In this document: positions 61,731-64,000 of the stretch, one piece after another
Layout: each line of letters begins with the position of its first letter
Position numbering within the stretch: position 1 is the stretch's first letter
Source: Candidatus Poseidoniaceae archaeon
GTDB taxonomy: Archaea > Thermoplasmatota > Poseidoniia > Poseidoniales > Poseidoniaceae
NCBI GenBank assembly: GCA_965659685.1
Contig: CBFHXB010000009.1
Span: 17,508 to 81,507 of the forward strand
DNA length: 64,000 nt
Direction: 5' to 3'
The notes under the pieces: generated by a model
Databases searched by the model: none
Told to the model about the DNA's origin: nothing
The model's input: the letters and a program-made list of their open reading frames with translations, nothing else
Position numbers and translations under genes: made by a program

Positions 61731-62732
61731 CCACGCATCGGCATCCTCTGCATCGACGTGCTGCATGACGGCACAGAGCATCGGATCTTCCACGCCGTCG
61801 TAGGCGCCGCGCAGGTGGTCGATCACGTCAAGACGGTCGTATCGGGCTGCCAGCAAAGCCACTGCCCGAAGGTCAGGACGTTCTGGTCCGTCGACACGAT
61901 CGCCGCATGCTGAAGCACACCACGCCAGGACCTTCTCGGCCTCGGAACGCAGAACACCGGCCTTCGGTGCTTCGTCACCGACGTTCCTTGGCGTGGCATG
62001 TTCGACCTGCTCGGACATGGCCGTTGCATCTTCGGAAAGATGGGCTTCGGCCATGTCCACGAAGGTGGTGCCGGCCTCGATCGCCAACAAGCGCTGCCCG
62101 GCAAGGATGGCGTAGGTGTGGGAAATCCACAACAGGCGCAGGGCGTCGAACATCTGTCCCAAATCACCGTAAATCCGACCTGCCGACAAGCGGGAAATGG
62201 CGATTGATTCGTTGGCGTGTCCCGCGGTACGTGACATCTCTCCGTACACCTGAAGAGCCATGACCTGCTCTCCCAAGGCCAGATGGAAGGCCGCCTTGTT
62301 CAGCAAGGTCAGATCGTGATCACGCGATGCTTTGGCCACCGACTTGAGCCTCGTTTCAGCCCATGTCAGGTCGTCGCGTGCACCTTCGTGCTCGCCTTGC
62401 TCAAAGCGGAAGAGGCCGCGTTCCATCCGGACCCGTCCCTCAAGCGCCAAGTCCCGGGTGTCTTGAGTTGAACACACGGCAAGGGCCGCTTCGATCACGG
62501 CCTCGTCCAAGGAACCGCGCGCCGCTCGGATGCGGACCATGTCCAATACCGCGGCCTGAGCCGGCGTCAGTTGACCCAACCATCCGTCGACGAGATCGAG
62601 GGCTCCCATGAAGACGGCCGCCTCGCAAAGGTGAAGCCAATCTTCGACCCCTGCCTCGTCCATCCATGCCTGAATATCGTCCAGCGTTGCACCGGACAGG
62701 GCCTTGAGCACGACCTCTTCTGGACCACGCAT
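61674..62732 (-). CDS. hypothetical helical (TPR-like) protein
   Basis: 352 aa from the ATG at 62732, which overlaps the upstream stop by 1 nt (TGATG). The 3' end overlaps the Nudix gene convergently by 57 nt. Confidence 0.4.
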   Translation of the reverse strand: MRGPEEVVLKALSGATLDDIQAWMDEAGVEDWLHLCEAAVFMGALDLVDGWLGQLTPAQAAVLDMVRIRAARGSLDEAVIEAALAVCSTQDTRDLALEGRVRMERGLFRFEQGEHEGARDDLTWAETRLKSVAKASRDHDLTLLNKAAFHLALGEQVMALQVYGEMSRTAGHANESIAISRLSAGRIYGDLGQMFDALRLLWISHTYAILAGQRLLAIEAGTTFVDMAEAHLSEDATAMSEQVEHATPRNVGDEAPKAGVLRSEAEKVLAWCASACGDRVDGPERPDLRAVALLAARYDRLDVIDHLRGAYDGVEDPMLCAVMQHVDAEDADAWSQRMAQLTMHALDPQTEV

Positions 62733-63733
62733 CAGTCCTTCACCTCCGAGCGATTCGTCGAGGCGACGGCGGCAAGCGCCGCGGTTTCCGCGGCGACGCG
62801 ATCGAGGTTCGAGGTCCATCCGGCAGCACCGTCGTGGCCGCCACCTTCACCTCCGTGCACTTCAGCGAGGGACTCGAAGAGTTGCCCAAGATGCAATCCG
62901 TCCCGGCACGCCTGAGCCCTTGCGCGGCCTGTCACACGCGTCCTGCCGTCACGGTGACGCACGACGAAACACACGTCTGCACCGGTGCCGAGCAGCAAAG
63001 AGGCAACCCTGCCTTCAAGGGTCCCGGCGCGGGTGGTGACCAAACGCCACGAGCCGGCGTCTGTGGTCTTGGCCCGTTGAAGCCCTTTCAGCAACGCACC
63101 GTGGTCGCTTGAGGTCAAGTCCGCGTCCGTCTCGATGCGGTCCACAAGACCACGATAATCCAGACCATCATCGTCCAACAAGGCCACTGCAGATTGGAAG
63201 GAGGACGAACCAGCGTGCTTGAATCGACCGGTATCGGTGATCAACCCCGCCATCAACAAGCGACGAACGGGGAGCGTCAAGGCCTCCGGAGCGTGACGGG
63301 AAAGGTAGGCCGTGACGATTTCAGTGGTGGCGGACACGGGCCAACGAAGGCTCAGGTCCTCGGAGTCTAGGTCCCACCCGTCGGTGGCGTGGTGGTCCAG
63401 CACGCAGATTGGCACGCCTTCGGGCAAATCGAGGTCAAGTTGGCTTGGTGCTGCCGCATCGACCACGACAAGGCCGCCCAGCGATGCCGGCCACGCCGTC
63501 GGTCGGCTAAGGCGACGAAATGGCGCCTGTTCCTCTTCGACCAAACGCTTGGCAAGCCGGCCGAGATGCCGGCCACAGGCCATCGCTTGGGGCAGAGCAG
63601 ATGCAAGTCCCACGGCCGAAGCCACGGTGTCCATGTCGCCGTTGGCGCCGCAGACCACGGGGACGGCCCCTCGTTCTGCAGCAGCCTTCAGCCAGGCATG
63701 AAGCCGATTTAGGTCGGCTTCGGGGGTCGTCAC
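62732..63733 (-). CDS. DHH/DHHA1-family phosphoesterase (NrnA/RecJ-like)
   Basis: Contains GANGDMDTVASAVG (motif I), VVVDAA (II), VLDHH (III) and GGGHDGAAG (DHHA1). The GTG start overlaps the prefoldin stop (GTGA). Confidence 0.75.
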   Translation of the reverse strand: MTTPEADLNRLHAWLKAAAERGAVPVVCGANGDMDTVASAVGLASALPQAMACGRHLGRLAKRLVEEEQAPFRRLSRPTAWPASLGGLVVVDAAAPSQLDLDLPEGVPICVLDHHATDGWDLDSEDLSLRWPVSATTEIVTAYLSRHAPEALTLPVRRLLMAGLITDTGRFKHAGSSSFQSAVALLDDDGLDYRGLVDRIETDADLTSSDHGALLKGLQRAKTTDAGSWRLVTTRAGTLEGRVASLLLGTGADVCFVVRHRDGRTRVTGRARAQACRDGLHLGQLFESLAEVHGGEGGGHDGAAGWTSNLDRVAAETAALAAVASTNRSEVKD

Positions 63734-64000
63734 GCAGATCCCTCGATGTCCTTGCGCATCGTTTCGTAGGCTTCGATGAGCCGTGCTTCGTGCTCTGTGA
63801 GACGCTTCAGGTGTTCCTGAAGGCGAGCATGGCTCGTTTTGAGATCGCTGATGAGTCCCTCGCGGTCGCCGACTTCGATAAGCACACCACCAAGGTGACG
63901 GTGAAGGGCCAAACCCTCGGGTTGGCCTTCGACGGCGGCGATGGTGCCTTCCAATTCCGCCACTTGGTTTCGCACCGTGGCCACTTGTTGCCGTGCAGTT
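63730..64000 (-). CDS. prefoldin beta-like subunit (5' end beyond the window)
   Basis: Coiled-coil / beta-hairpin / coiled-coil pattern, with HRHLGGVLIEVGDREGLISDL flanked by heptad-like helices. The frame stays open to position 64000, so the gene is truncated by the window edge. Confidence 0.5.
   Translation of the reverse strand, partial: TARQQVATVRNQVAELEGTIAAVEGQPEGLALHRHLGGVLIEVGDREGLISDLKTSHARLQEHLKRLTEHEARLIEAYETMRKDIEGSA

Noticed and set aside
1-64000. tRNA, rRNA, CRISPR arrays, IS elements, integrases, prophage or toxin-antitoxin and other defence cassettes
   Set aside because: The intergenic regions are short; the largest are 288, 117 and 111 nt. None shows cloverleaf-compatible sequence, direct-repeat/spacer periodicity, terminal inverted repeats or transposase-like ORFs. 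This was visual inspection only, so a dedicated scan (tRNA and covariance-model searches) could still find small RNAs.

Overview
This window is a gene-dense archaeal chromosomal segment with about 58 CDS. Most intergenic gaps are under 60 nt, and many gene junctions are 1-4 nt start/stop overlaps. The DNA is GC-rich with a strong G/C preference at codon position 3. That bias explains the many long spurious antisense ORFs in the six-frame track. By eye I found no rRNA, tRNA, CRISPR array, transposase, integrase or other mobile-element signature.

Content by category:
- Information processing: primase PriS, RFC large subunit, a 1762-aa Lhr-type helicase, aEF-2, ribosomal proteins uS12 and uS7, SRP54, ProRS, GlyRS, TiaS, KptA/Tpt1, diphthine-ammonia ligase, proteasome alpha, SBDS, and prefoldin beta (partial at the window edge).
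- Metabolism: futalosine-route menaquinone genes (radical-SAM mqnE/C-like, mqnA, mqnD), split transketolase plus transaldolase, PurB, and isoprenoid genes (thiolase, IPK, an IDI1::GGPPS fusion, a UbiD-family decarboxylase).
- Membrane and transport: P-type ATPase, OPT transporter, TrkA/TrkH, and an ArsA/Get3-like ATPase.
- Envelope: an 1178-aa secreted lectin/LamG/PPC/EF-hand/TSP3 protein lying tail-to-tail with an archaeosortase-like gene.

The gene content suggests a euryarchaeote, possibly Thermoplasmatota-like. That taxonomic guess is low confidence.

Candidates most worth a second look:
1. A half-size deoxyhypusine-hydroxylase-like HEAT protein (4302-4778).
2. A translationally coupled operon of thiolase, a DUF35-like chimera, a double-Zn-ribbon protein and an actin-fold ATPase (47031-51147).
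3. The eukaryote-like adhesion receptor plus archaeosortase pair (35378-39888).
4. The IPK / IDI1::GGPPS coupled pair (52316-54885).
5. The oversized Lhr helicase with a duplicated C-terminal module (30035-35323).

All functional calls rest on motif recognition by eye. No database search was run.
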